Origin: a virus
Lineage: Duplodnaviria > Caudoviricetes
Virus record (IMG/VR): IMGVR_UViG_3300009786_000013
Coordinates: 1 to 60,365 of that record
Reading direction: 5' to 3' (one strand)
Length of the DNA stretch: 60,365 nucleotides
Shown one piece after another: positions 48,103-57,289 of the stretch. The number at the start of each line of letters is the position of its first letter. Within the stretch, counting starts at the first letter, position 1. The notes beneath the pieces are model-generated. The model ran no database searches. It had not been told where the DNA came from and saw only the letters and a list, made by a program, of their open reading frames with translations. Both the position numbers and the translations under genes were made by a program.

Positions 48103-48335
48103 TGGACGGACCAGATCCAAAGCGGGTTGCCCGCGCAGCGGCGAAGAAGGACATGGGGGGAACCAAGCTCCGCAGCGCCCTCTACGAGTCCGGGGACAAG
48201 ATCACCTCCCTGGAGGACCTGGCCGGAGATGCCCCCCTCGATGCCGACTCCAAGTACAAGAATCTGGTGAAGAAACTGTCCCGGGCGCATGACGATCTGC
48301 GGAAGCACCTCGACGCTAACTACAACTGGGACTGA
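48102..48335 (+). CDS. Small protein with N-terminal PDPKRVARAA motif
   Basis: TGATG coupling. Confidence 0.65.
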   Translation: MDGPDPKRVARAAAKKDMGGTKLRSALYESGDKITSLEDLAGDAPLDADSKYKNLVKKLSRAHDDLRKHLDANYNWD

Positions 48336-48344
48336 GGAGACAAT

Positions 48345-48689
48345 ATGAACAAACCAAATCCAAGGCGGGTCGCCCGACGGGCTGCATCCATGTCGAACAC
48401 CCACCGGGACCTCATCCTGGACGCTATGGGATCCCTCAAGGACAGCCTCGAGGACTCCTTCGACTCCGGCGACCAGCACGATCTGGCCGCCTACATGGAC
48501 GACGGTGAGGCGCTCCATTTCGCACCGTGGATCAACGACAACTTCGACGACTTCCAGGAACATCTGTTCGCCATCTTGGAGAACTTCGACAACCCGGACG
48601 GCTACGGATCCATGAGCCGCGAGCTCCGGGACGAGCTCACCTACTACCCGAAGCGGGACTATATGTCTCTCACCCGTAAGCTCCGCTGA
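48345..48689 (+). CDS. Small acidic protein with N-terminal PNPRRVARRA motif
   Basis: SD GAGGAG. Confidence 0.7.
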   Translation: MNKPNPRRVARRAASMSNTHRDLILDAMGSLKDSLEDSFDSGDQHDLAAYMDDGEALHFAPWINDNFDDFQEHLFAILENFDNPDGYGSMSRELRDELTYYPKRDYMSLTRKLR

Positions 48690-48694
48690 TCCAC

Positions 48695-49156
48695 ATGGCG
48701 CGGTATGCGAGCGTTTATTTCTCGCCAGGTAGAGGCGCCGACGATGTGGTCATCGGGTTCATCGACCGCTGCGAGGAGTCCCTGGATGCTGCGGTCTACT
48801 CCATCACCCACGACGGGATAGCCGAAGCCCTCATCAGGGCGCATGGACGCGGCGTGGCCGTGCGGGTACTCACCGACAAGTCCCAGGCCGGTTCGAGGTA
48901 CGCCGATGACGAGCTCATGGAGGCTGCTGGGATACCCCTCCTCCGGGACACCCAGACAGGGGCGATGCACAATAAGTTCATGATCGGCGACGGCAGGGCC
49001 GTCGGCACGGGGTCTTTCAACTGGACGGCCAACGCAGCTCGCCGCAACGCGGAGAACTTCGTCGTCCTCCGCCTCTCATATGTCGTTTCGGCTTTCAAGG
49101 GGGAGTTCGACAGACTGTGGGCGGCCAACGGGCTCCCCTCGGTGGACGCCCTATAA
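48695..49156 (+). CDS. Phospholipase D-family (Nuc-like) nuclease
   Basis: Single HKD motif MHNKFMIGD...TGSFNWT...NAEN. Confidence 0.9.
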   Translation: MARYASVYFSPGRGADDVVIGFIDRCEESLDAAVYSITHDGIAEALIRAHGRGVAVRVLTDKSQAGSRYADDELMEAAGIPLLRDTQTGAMHNKFMIGDGRAVGTGSFNWTANAARRNAENFVVLRLSYVVSAFKGEFDRLWAANGLPSVDAL

Positions 49157-49172
49157 TCTGGATGGTAGCAGG
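49140..49172 (+). promoter_or_regulatory. Late promoter motif CGGT-N7-CTAT-N13-GCAGG
   Basis: Overlaps the 3' end of the PLD gene, upstream of the tail tube. Confidence 0.6.
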
Positions 49173-49209
49173 GGCAGCATGGACATGACCCCTCAAATAG
49201 GAGAATACC

Positions 49210-50097
49210 ATGACAGCGCAGAACAATGACAAGACCCCATCCCTCGGATTGCAGGGTCAGAGTTACCTGTATGACTATGGGACCAGTCCCAACACCAGGA
49301 CTGCTGTGTCGCAGAAGGTACGCATCCTGACTCCTGTGTATGGCGACAACACCGCCCTGCATCAGATGGGCGTGGTCTCGTCATTCGCCCCCACTATGAG
49401 TCGGAGCGTGGAGCCTGTTCGCGGCATCGGCTTCGGTGACAAGATCGCTGAGCTCGTCCCGAGCGTGACGGAACCCGTCACAGGTTCCTTCGAGCGTGCC
49501 CTCCTGTACTTGTGCAACCTCTGGCAGGCCGCTGGCTATGCCTCGGGCGTGGACGGTCCTGTGAGGAGTTTGGCCCACCATCGCTGGCCCTTCGACATCG
49601 AGCAGCAACTCGTGTTCTCGACCCTTGCCGACACTGACGTGAACGTGGCCAACAACGGCTACGGCGGTGACAGCGGCGACTTCGACGGCGGTATCAAGGC
49701 GGTCACATACCCCACGGGGACTACGGACGGCGTCAACTTTGAGGGAGGGCCTTCGGCGACCCAGAGCGGCTCGGATGCGTTATCCAACCCTAATACTGGC
49801 ACGACAGCACCAGGCCACACGGCCATCATCACCATGTACGAAGCGTGCTGGTTCACTGGGTGGAACACATCCTTTGCCAAGGATGCGGGCATGATCATGG
49901 AAACCGGTGAAGTGATGGTTTCCGATGTTCACGATTTCTCGTCCCTGTACGGAGAGTTCCTGGCAACAGGCAACGACCCGACCATCGGCCAGCTCGGTTC
50001 GGTCAGGTTCCACAGCTCGACAGGCTCCGCACAGAGTGGCGGCGGTGCTGGGCAGATGTTCGGTGCTGACGAACCCGAAGTCGAAGAACCCGAATAG
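49210..50097 (+). CDS. Tail tube protein
   Basis: After the sheath; VRGIGFGD.IAELVP, RWPFDIEQ, TMYEACWF motifs. Confidence 0.8.
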   Translation: MTAQNNDKTPSLGLQGQSYLYDYGTSPNTRTAVSQKVRILTPVYGDNTALHQMGVVSSFAPTMSRSVEPVRGIGFGDKIAELVPSVTEPVTGSFERALLYLCNLWQAAGYASGVDGPVRSLAHHRWPFDIEQQLVFSTLADTDVNVANNGYGGDSGDFDGGIKAVTYPTGTTDGVNFEGGPSATQSGSDALSNPNTGTTAPGHTAIITMYEACWFTGWNTSFAKDAGMIMETGEVMVSDVHDFSSLYGEFLATGNDPTIGQLGSVRFHSSTGSAQSGGGAGQMFGADEPEVEEPE

Positions 50098-50198
50098 TTG
50101 GGTAGGGATGCCGGGTAGTGTGCCTTACTGGGGAGACAGCCTATAACCGGTAGGGTTCTCGTCTCTCCCGGTGACTTCCCGGAAGGAGATAGAGAACA

Positions 50199-51299
50199 AT
50201 GATCGACATCACCGCCCTTCGCAAGGCATTGGAACCCATTGGAACCCGGAATGTCCCCGAGGTTTCATTCGACTTCAACGGGACGCTCATCGTCCTCATG
50301 CCCCTGCGCCCAGCCGAAGAGGTCGCCGTCCAGAAGTGGGCTGCCGCTGCGGTCATGGACGATGACGAGGGGACCACCACCTCTGGTGTGGAGTATCTCG
50401 ACCGGTTCAAGTTCGGATGCCTCGGGTTCTCCGTCACACGCGTCGGAAGCATGGATCTGCGGCATGTGGAGCATGTGGAGACGGGGGAGATTCTCCCCAA
50501 CGGGACGGCTGTAAAGGTCACCAAGGATCATGCCGTACGCGACATCATCGCTGGATGGCCCCGCCCGGTCCTGGATGCCCTCTTCAAGAAGTTCACCGAG
50601 ATGATGGAGCGGTACGAGTTGGAGGCCGACAAGATGGTTTCCTATGACCCCGTTGACAAGGAGGCCGAGATCGCCCGCCTTGAGGAGAAGATCGGCAGGC
50701 TCCGTAACTCTGCGCCCACAAATCCTGTTTCTGAAGCCGTTGCCGAAGTCGCTACCGCAAAGGAAGCGGTCGATGCCGTCAAGTCCGCGGTCGAGTCTGC
50801 GGTCAAGTCCGCTGAACCTCTTACGGAATCGTCTGACCCCGTAGGTGCAGAGCGTTCTCCTGTGATCCCATCCTCGGCACAACCCGTGCAGAGGGAGACC
50901 CCCGTTGAGTCGGAAACTGTGGATTTCGCGGCCCCCTTTGTGGAGGAGTCAGAGGATCCAGAGGAGAAAGAAGCCTCCAAATCCGTCAACCCAGGGTTCA
51001 TCGACAAGGATGATGAGTCAGCTCTTGGTGAAGAGGCCGCCAGGATCAGTGAGATCCGCAAGAGGGCTGGGATGAAGACGGCGAAGGCAGCTGCACAGGC
51101 TTCCCGGGTCGGGCGGGTCGTTGCCCCGCACCATGCAGCTCGTGAGACAGCCAGTGAGACAGGGGGGGATGTAAAGGACGGAATCCCCGTGTTCAGGCCA
51201 CCCACGCAGGAGATTTCCGGAAGGGAGGCCACCCACGCAGAAGAGGCATCCCACAGCTCCAGCACGGAGAACCCAAAGTTCCGTCCTCCTGGGAGATAG
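50199..51299 (+). CDS. Putative tail assembly chaperone
   Basis: Between tube and tape measure; acidic. Confidence 0.55.
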   Translation: MIDITALRKALEPIGTRNVPEVSFDFNGTLIVLMPLRPAEEVAVQKWAAAAVMDDDEGTTTSGVEYLDRFKFGCLGFSVTRVGSMDLRHVEHVETGEILPNGTAVKVTKDHAVRDIIAGWPRPVLDALFKKFTEMMERYELEADKMVSYDPVDKEAEIARLEEKIGRLRNSAPTNPVSEAVAEVATAKEAVDAVKSAVESAVKSAEPLTESSDPVGAERSPVIPSSAQPVQRETPVESETVDFAAPFVEESEDPEEKEASKSVNPGFIDKDDESALGEEAARISEIRKRAGMKTAKAAAQASRVGRVVAPHHAARETASETGGDVKDGIPVFRPPTQEISGREATHAEEASHSSSTENPKFRPPGR

Positions 51300-51302
51300 C
51301 CT

Positions 51303-52532
51303 ATGGCGACCCTTCCCGCCACGACTCCTGAACAGCGTAGCGGGTTGTGGGGAGATGTTAGAGAACTGATCTCTCCAGGCTTTCTGACTCATAGGGTTGA
51401 ACTCGATGGCGTCAGGATCTGCATTCGACCTCCACACCCATCGGATCTCTTCATGGTGGGCGCTGCAGCAGATGTAGACTCCCCAGAGTGGCTCGAGGAC
51501 ATAATATCTCGGTGCATCTGGATGGTGGACGGCATCAATCTACTAGGGGATAGAGGGATTCTCCCCACCGTGCGTGCCGTCGTTCGTGCCCTTCCCGTTC
51601 CTGCCCGAGCATCTCTATTCTATGCCGTTCTCGGCCTCTTCTACCGATCCCGGAGAGCTCATTCAGCGGTTTACGCTTACTGCTACGAGAATGATTCCCG
51701 GAATCTCTGGCGCAGCCTTGGAAAGCAGTGGCCCGTGGGCGACCACATCACGGGAGTCCCCGGATCCGCATCCCTCGGTCCCAATCATGTCCAAATAGTT
51801 TGGTCAATGTGGAACGATGCGGAGGACGACAGGTTGCAGGATCAGTATCAGTGGGCACTGACCAAGAACTCGATGGGAGTTCATGCCCCGAAAGGCATCA
51901 AGAAGGTCGATGCCTCCGATAAGAAGGAGGCTGAAAGGGTAGAGAAAGACCGTCAGAGGGTTCTCGACAAGCACTTCTACATGATTACGGGTGTGATCGA
52001 CGATTTAGGGAAACTCGTGGGCGGCCAGGAAGCACTCAAGGGAGAGCTCACTTCGGCGCATACAGCCGATGAGCTTGCGGACGAGATGCGCCGTTGGGTC
52101 GCAGGCGATGACGATCATCACGATACGGTTGTCCGTCAGTATAAGGACCGCATCCGCCAGAACATGGTGGTCGAGGCAGAACGGCAGCGTGTGAATCTCG
52201 AGAATCTCCGTCGCGAGGCGGAACTGCGATCCGAGGAGTATGGCGGTGTCCCCGCACCTATCATTGGGTACACGCTCGAGCAGGTGCGGAATCTCATGGA
52301 GGAGAAGGGCACAACCCCGACTGGGGGGCGGGTGATCCACTCCCCCAGTGGTAGGAACAGGACCTATGACAAGTGGGTCGATAATGAACCTGGCGCAGGG
52401 GCATTGGACCCATCCAGTGGGGAACTGCGAGTGACTGGGACGATCCCCAAGCCCACCCCCAAGACTCCTGACAACAGGACGCTCAATGAGCGGATCGCCG
52501 CCAGACAACCCCGCACGGAGGGTGACGACTGA
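51303..52532 (+). CDS. Putative tail assembly chaperone 2
   Basis: Directly before the tape measure; SRNLW...NHVQIVW..WN..ED. Confidence 0.55.
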   Translation: MATLPATTPEQRSGLWGDVRELISPGFLTHRVELDGVRICIRPPHPSDLFMVGAAADVDSPEWLEDIISRCIWMVDGINLLGDRGILPTVRAVVRALPVPARASLFYAVLGLFYRSRRAHSAVYAYCYENDSRNLWRSLGKQWPVGDHITGVPGSASLGPNHVQIVWSMWNDAEDDRLQDQYQWALTKNSMGVHAPKGIKKVDASDKKEAERVEKDRQRVLDKHFYMITGVIDDLGKLVGGQEALKGELTSAHTADELADEMRRWVAGDDDHHDTVVRQYKDRIRQNMVVEAERQRVNLENLRREAELRSEEYGGVPAPIIGYTLEQVRNLMEEKGTTPTGGRVIHSPSGRNRTYDKWVDNEPGAGALDPSSGELRVTGTIPKPTPKTPDNRTLNERIAARQPRTEGDD

Positions 52533-55500
52533 TGTCTACCGTACTCGATGTCATTCTACGGGCTCAGGTTCAAGGCCTTGACGACTTCACCAAGAACCTC
52601 CGCTCGGCTGCGGAGGAGTCGTTCGATCTCGACTACTCCAGACTTGAAAAGGGTTTCAAGAAGGCGGGGGACCAGTTCACCAAGATGATGAAGCAGGCGG
52701 TGGACCTGGACATCAAGTTCGACGTCTCCAGCCTCCGCACCCTCAAGCGGGAGTACACCTCCCAGATGGGGGCCGCCGCTGTGGAGGTTGCCAACCTTGA
52801 GAGGAAACTCAAGGAGGGGAACCTTGACGCTCTTGGGAAGCGGGCGGCCAAGGCCGCAGTCCAGACGCAGAAGTTGGCGATGAAGGAGGCCCAGAAAAGG
52901 TTCGATAAGGAGATCAAGACACAGTCCCGGGTGCTCGACATGGCCACCCAGCACGTTGAAATGGTCAAGAAGGGCTACTCCGAGGCCGCCTCCGAGCTCT
53001 CCGACGGGTTCTCGGACGCTGTCGGGGATCTTTCGTCAGCTCTACAGAGTGGGGACCTCGGCGGCATGCTCAAGGGTCTCGGGAAGAGTGCGAAGGGGAT
53101 GGGCGGCAAGATGGAGGGCAAAGCTGCTGCAGCTGGCCCGCAGGCCGGCGGCATGACGAAGATGCTGGGCGGCATCGGCAAACTTATGGGCAAACTCGGG
53201 CCCGCCCTGATGGCAGTCGGTGCCATCGCTGGTGCATTCATGATGGTGGCTAAACTGATCATGGACGCTGACGACAAGGTGAAGGAGTTCAACAAGGAGC
53301 TCGTGGACAGCGTGGGTGGGGCTACCCTGCTGGCCTCCCAGTTCGGGGATGTGGGGAAGTCGATGAAGTCCGTGCGGGACTTCGCCCGAGGGCTCAAGTC
53401 CCAATGGTCCCTGAAGGCTATGGACAAGGAGCTCGTCGGCATCATTGGAGGCTTCGACGAGGCCGGTCACACCATGAACGAGATGACCAATGATCTCGAG
53501 GATATGACGTCTGCGGCGGCCGACTTCTCACACAACATGGAGATCGCCCTCACCTATTCAAGGCTTCTCGGGATCGATTCCAAGCAGATGGCTACCGACA
53601 TGGGGACCTATATGGAGGAACTCGGTCTGACCATCGACGGTGTTGCGGCCCGGTTCTCCTCCGTTACGAGGGCCGCCATGGATTCTGGGTTCGGGGTCAA
53701 GCGGTTCTATTCGATGGTCCTACAGGCCACCTCCGGGATGAGCATGTACAACGTGCGCCTCGAGGAGGCCTCCGGGCTCCTCATCCGCATCGGGAAGATT
53801 CTGGGGTCCAAGGTCGGCGGGGAGTTCATGTCCAAGCTCGGCAAGGGGTTCGTCGATGAGTCCATGGTGGACCGCTACAAGCGGGTCATGCTCACCGGGA
53901 CCAAGCGCATGAAGGGCATCTTCATGCGCTCCGCCGAGGACACCGCCCTGGACTTCACGGGGAAACTCGCCGACAAACTCAAGGGCAACAAGGAGCTCCA
54001 ATCCGCCCTCACGGATGCCATGTCGGATGTGAAGGGGGCCGGGGGGGCCATCAAAACGCTCGGTGGGGGCGGGGCACTCGGTAAGGAGGATCGGGCTGCA
54101 CTTATCAAGAGTCTGGGCTCAATGACTGACAAGCAGCAGGCGGTCATGCTGGCGAAGATCCGGGGCCAGGACGCCGACCTTGCGCGCGAGCTGGACAAAC
54201 TCGTCGATGTGTCCCGCGGGGCGACCGGCAAGCAGGGCGACCTTGTGAAGCACCTCGACTCCCTCGATATGGGCGGCAAGCTGAACGCCCTGATGAACTC
54301 GGCCAAGGGTCTGTTCGGGAAGGAGCTGTACCAGCTCAGTGCCAAGCAGCTCGCCGCCGTGGAGTCCGCAACGGGCTTGTCCGGCGAGGCCCTGAAGGAG
54401 ATGATGCAGATCAGCAAGGGCTTGGACGGCCAGTGGTCGATGCTCAAGAGCCTCAAGGGGAAGCAGGTGCAGGACCCCTTGGACGCCACGAAGAAGATCG
54501 CCCAGGAGTATGCGGGCAAGAGCGCCGAGGAGATCAAGAAGGCCCAGGCTGCGCAGGTCAAGTCCTCAGGGGCATACATGACCAAGACGGGGGACATTGT
54601 CGCCGCCAAGATCGACAAGGAGGGTGCCATTATCGCCGAGTCCATGACCCCCCTGAAGAACCTGGGCGACTATGTGCAGTCATCAGGGGACACATACGCT
54701 GGATCCATGGGTGATCAGGTGGCAGAGGACATCGAGTTGGCCCGGGAGATTGCCGACAACACCTGGAAGACGTCCAACGCCCTCGAGATGGGGGTCACCT
54801 GGTTCCTCGAGCGCATCTACGATGTGTGCCAGGGCATCTTGAAGTGGGTCATGCCCGGGATGTCGGAGGACGAGAGGGAGAACCGTGGCGAGGCGGTCAA
54901 GAACCTGGATGCGGTCGCGAAGGATCTTCGGGAGAAGAAGAATGACATGCGGATGGAAATCCGTGGAGAGCAGAAGAAACTGAAGAAGGAGACCGACCCC
55001 GCCAAGAGGGATGTCATCAAACTGAACCTGGAGAAGATGACGGAGGAGATGGAGAAGATGGACTTCCTGTCGAAGACATATCAGAAGGCAGGGAGAGACG
55101 CGTCCAATGACGACAAGTCCGGCAACTACGGCATATTCGGATGGTTCGGGTCGGACAGGTCCACGGAGGACTTTGAGAAGACGGCCATGACCAAGGCCGC
55201 CACCGACGATGAAACGAAGCTGCGGGCGCAGAAGACCATGCCGACGACGATGACGAGGGTGGCACACGAAGCGGAGATTGCTTTCACCGCAAGCGAGAGG
55301 GATTCATCGACGAAGGCACTGGAGGACGCCATCAACGGCCTCCTCGCTGACAAGGATCGGGGGCGGACTGGCAAACTCACCGAGAAGGAGCTCGCAAAAG
55401 CGGTTGTTACAGCGAACAATACGATCAAGGCCAACGTTGGCGAGGGTAGATACGACGACGCGAAGATCAAGTTCAAGGGCAGCACTAAGAAGTATGGGGG

Positions 55501-56608
55501 CAAGGGGGGAGGCCATTCGTACAACCCTGCGCAGCTCAACATCGGGCAAACAGACATATCCCCGCAGATCCTCTCAAACGAGGAGGTCACTGAGACCGAG
55601 ACGCGATTCCGGTTGAAGCCAGGCGCCCAAATGGCCGCCAAGAACAGAAATCCATCAGGTAAGGGGGGCTTTACAATGAAGTCGAGAGCGGAGAACCCCG
55701 AGCTCTACGAGAGTTACCAGCATTCGGAGACCTCGAAGCAGAGTACGTTCGACCCCGAGAAGCTCGGTAAGTCCATCGAGGTGATCAGGGAGGCCGAAAT
55801 CCAGGCGGCGCAGGAGAAGGCACTCCAGGCCACAATAGGTTCTATGGTAGGAGACACCTCCGCCATCGCAGAGGGGATCCGCAAAGAGGGCGAGGCACGG
55901 AAGGTGGAGATTGCCCGTCTCAAGACGGTGCAGACTGCCACCGAGAAGCTCGAGAAGGGCGAATACGCCGTCGCCTACGCCAAGGAATATGTAAAGGCCA
56001 TCAAGAAGGAGAAGGCACTGGACGTCGCAAGGGCGGCAGGTCTTACAGGGCGCTCGGCAGAGGTAGCAGCGGACGCCCTCGTCGCTGGCAAGGCCCCCGC
56101 AAACGTCGTTGCGGGCCTGAAGGGGACCCGAACCCGGAAGAAGGCCGACGGCAGCGGCAGCGAAACAGTTAGGAAGACGGCGGGTATGGAGGGCATTCTC
56201 GGCTCCGAGTTTGGAAAACTGTGGAGTAAGATCGAAGCGGGCCGCGCCAAAGACTTCCTGTATGTGGCGGGCGAGGGGGTCACGCACATCCCTGAAACGA
56301 CCCAGATGATCGGGGTCGATCAGAGGGACACGATCAAGAGGGGACTCGATGCCGACGGGAAGGCGACCCTGATGGGGAGTTACTCCGGCAGCCCCGCCAA
56401 CCGGGCCCTGGCCGGGGGAGGTGTCAACCGGGGCGTCTCGGGCCCCGCCAGTGGCGCACCGGGCGCACCGGGTGCATCTGGCGCATCTGGCGCCGTCTCC
56501 ATCCACGTACGCAACGACACGGACGCCAGGCGCCTCGTCAAGCTCATCCAGACGACTGTGGGAGCGATGAACGGCGGTGGCACGGGTAGGCGAAGGGGGA
56601 AGGCATAG
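52532..56608 (+). CDS. Tape measure protein
   Basis: 1358 aa; helical, Ala/Gly/Met/Lys-rich, with hydrophobic segment; canonical position. Confidence 0.85.
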   Translation: MSTVLDVILRAQVQGLDDFTKNLRSAAEESFDLDYSRLEKGFKKAGDQFTKMMKQAVDLDIKFDVSSLRTLKREYTSQMGAAAVEVANLERKLKEGNLDALGKRAAKAAVQTQKLAMKEAQKRFDKEIKTQSRVLDMATQHVEMVKKGYSEAASELSDGFSDAVGDLSSALQSGDLGGMLKGLGKSAKGMGGKMEGKAAAAGPQAGGMTKMLGGIGKLMGKLGPALMAVGAIAGAFMMVAKLIMDADDKVKEFNKELVDSVGGATLLASQFGDVGKSMKSVRDFARGLKSQWSLKAMDKELVGIIGGFDEAGHTMNEMTNDLEDMTSAAADFSHNMEIALTYSRLLGIDSKQMATDMGTYMEELGLTIDGVAARFSSVTRAAMDSGFGVKRFYSMVLQATSGMSMYNVRLEEASGLLIRIGKILGSKVGGEFMSKLGKGFVDESMVDRYKRVMLTGTKRMKGIFMRSAEDTALDFTGKLADKLKGNKELQSALTDAMSDVKGAGGAIKTLGGGGALGKEDRAALIKSLGSMTDKQQAVMLAKIRGQDADLARELDKLVDVSRGATGKQGDLVKHLDSLDMGGKLNALMNSAKGLFGKELYQLSAKQLAAVESATGLSGEALKEMMQISKGLDGQWSMLKSLKGKQVQDPLDATKKIAQEYAGKSAEEIKKAQAAQVKSSGAYMTKTGDIVAAKIDKEGAIIAESMTPLKNLGDYVQSSGDTYAGSMGDQVAEDIELAREIADNTWKTSNALEMGVTWFLERIYDVCQGILKWVMPGMSEDERENRGEAVKNLDAVAKDLREKKNDMRMEIRGEQKKLKKETDPAKRDVIKLNLEKMTEEMEKMDFLSKTYQKAGRDASNDDKSGNYGIFGWFGSDRSTEDFEKTAMTKAATDDETKLRAQKTMPTTMTRVAHEAEIAFTASERDSSTKALEDAINGLLADKDRGRTGKLTEKELAKAVVTANNTIKANVGEGRYDDAKIKFKGSTKKYGGKGGGHSYNPAQLNIGQTDISPQILSNEEVTETETRFRLKPGAQMAAKNRNPSGKGGFTMKSRAENPELYESYQHSETSKQSTFDPEKLGKSIEVIREAEIQAAQEKALQATIGSMVGDTSAIAEGIRKEGEARKVEIARLKTVQTATEKLEKGEYAVAYAKEYVKAIKKEKALDVARAAGLTGRSAEVAADALVAGKAPANVVAGLKGTRTRKKADGSGSETVRKTAGMEGILGSEFGKLWSKIEAGRAKDFLYVAGEGVTHIPETTQMIGVDQRDTIKRGLDADGKATLMGSYSGSPANRALAGGGVNRGVSGPASGAPGAPGASGASGAVSIHVRNDTDARRLVKLIQTTVGAMNGGGTGRRRGKA

Positions 56609-57289
56609 ATGGCTGATTTCGCAGATGCCATCAAGTCCGCCTTCTATTCGGCGGAGGACGCTGACAACGGCATGGGCGTGCGCCCTGTCATATTCGATGT
56701 CATATCCCCGGACGGGGAGACCAGCCTCCTCCCTGACGACCTGAAGATGGTCCTGCACGTCAACCCCAGCTCCCTGCAGGTCACCTACGAGAAGCTGATC
56801 GAGCGCATCCAGACGTTGGGTGGGTGGGTGGAGCAGCACTGGGGCGACGGAGCTGTGAACCTCACCCTCGAGATGGCGACGGGCGGGTTCATGCGACTCG
56901 GATCCGGCCTGTCGAACGTCACGGGTCCCAACCAATCCAACGCTGTCATCGCTCCAGTGAGTGAACAAGCTATGGATCTCGGCGGAACCCGGAGGGAAAC
57001 GATAGCCTACGACAAGTATTTGGACATGCTGGCACTGTTCCACCACAACGGATCGATCTACGACTCCCGCGGGGCCATCGCCATGCAGGGCATGATCAAG
57101 ATCACCTTCGACGGCATGTCGTGGTTCGGGTGGTTCAACTCCTTCTCCGTACAGGAGGAGGCTGACAAGCCTTACCAGTTCTCCCTCTCCGCAGCCTTCA
57201 CCGTGCAGCGGGAGGTCTTCGAGCTCCGCACGTTCCCAGCTCTCGGCGACAACTGGGCAGACGGGTTCAAGCCCAGCGGGGGTGTGTGA
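56609..57289 (+). CDS. Tail tube initiator/baseplate protein
   Basis: LHVNPSSLQ..Y.K...WG...GWFNSF tube-like pattern. Confidence 0.7.
   Translation: MADFADAIKSAFYSAEDADNGMGVRPVIFDVISPDGETSLLPDDLKMVLHVNPSSLQVTYEKLIERIQTLGGWVEQHWGDGAVNLTLEMATGGFMRLGSGLSNVTGPNQSNAVIAPVSEQAMDLGGTRRETIAYDKYLDMLALFHHNGSIYDSRGAIAMQGMIKITFDGMSWFGWFNSFSVQEEADKPYQFSLSAAFTVQREVFELRTFPALGDNWADGFKPSGGV

Noticed and set aside
50130-50154. Additional late promoter copy (CCTAT...GTAGG) before 50199
   Set aside because: Upstream tetramer is GGGG and the downstream spacing is only 5 nt, so it does not fit the consensus
50199-52532. Programmed frameshift between tail chaperones
   Set aside because: Two separate same-frame ORFs, the second with its own ATG; no clear slippery heptamer near the first stop
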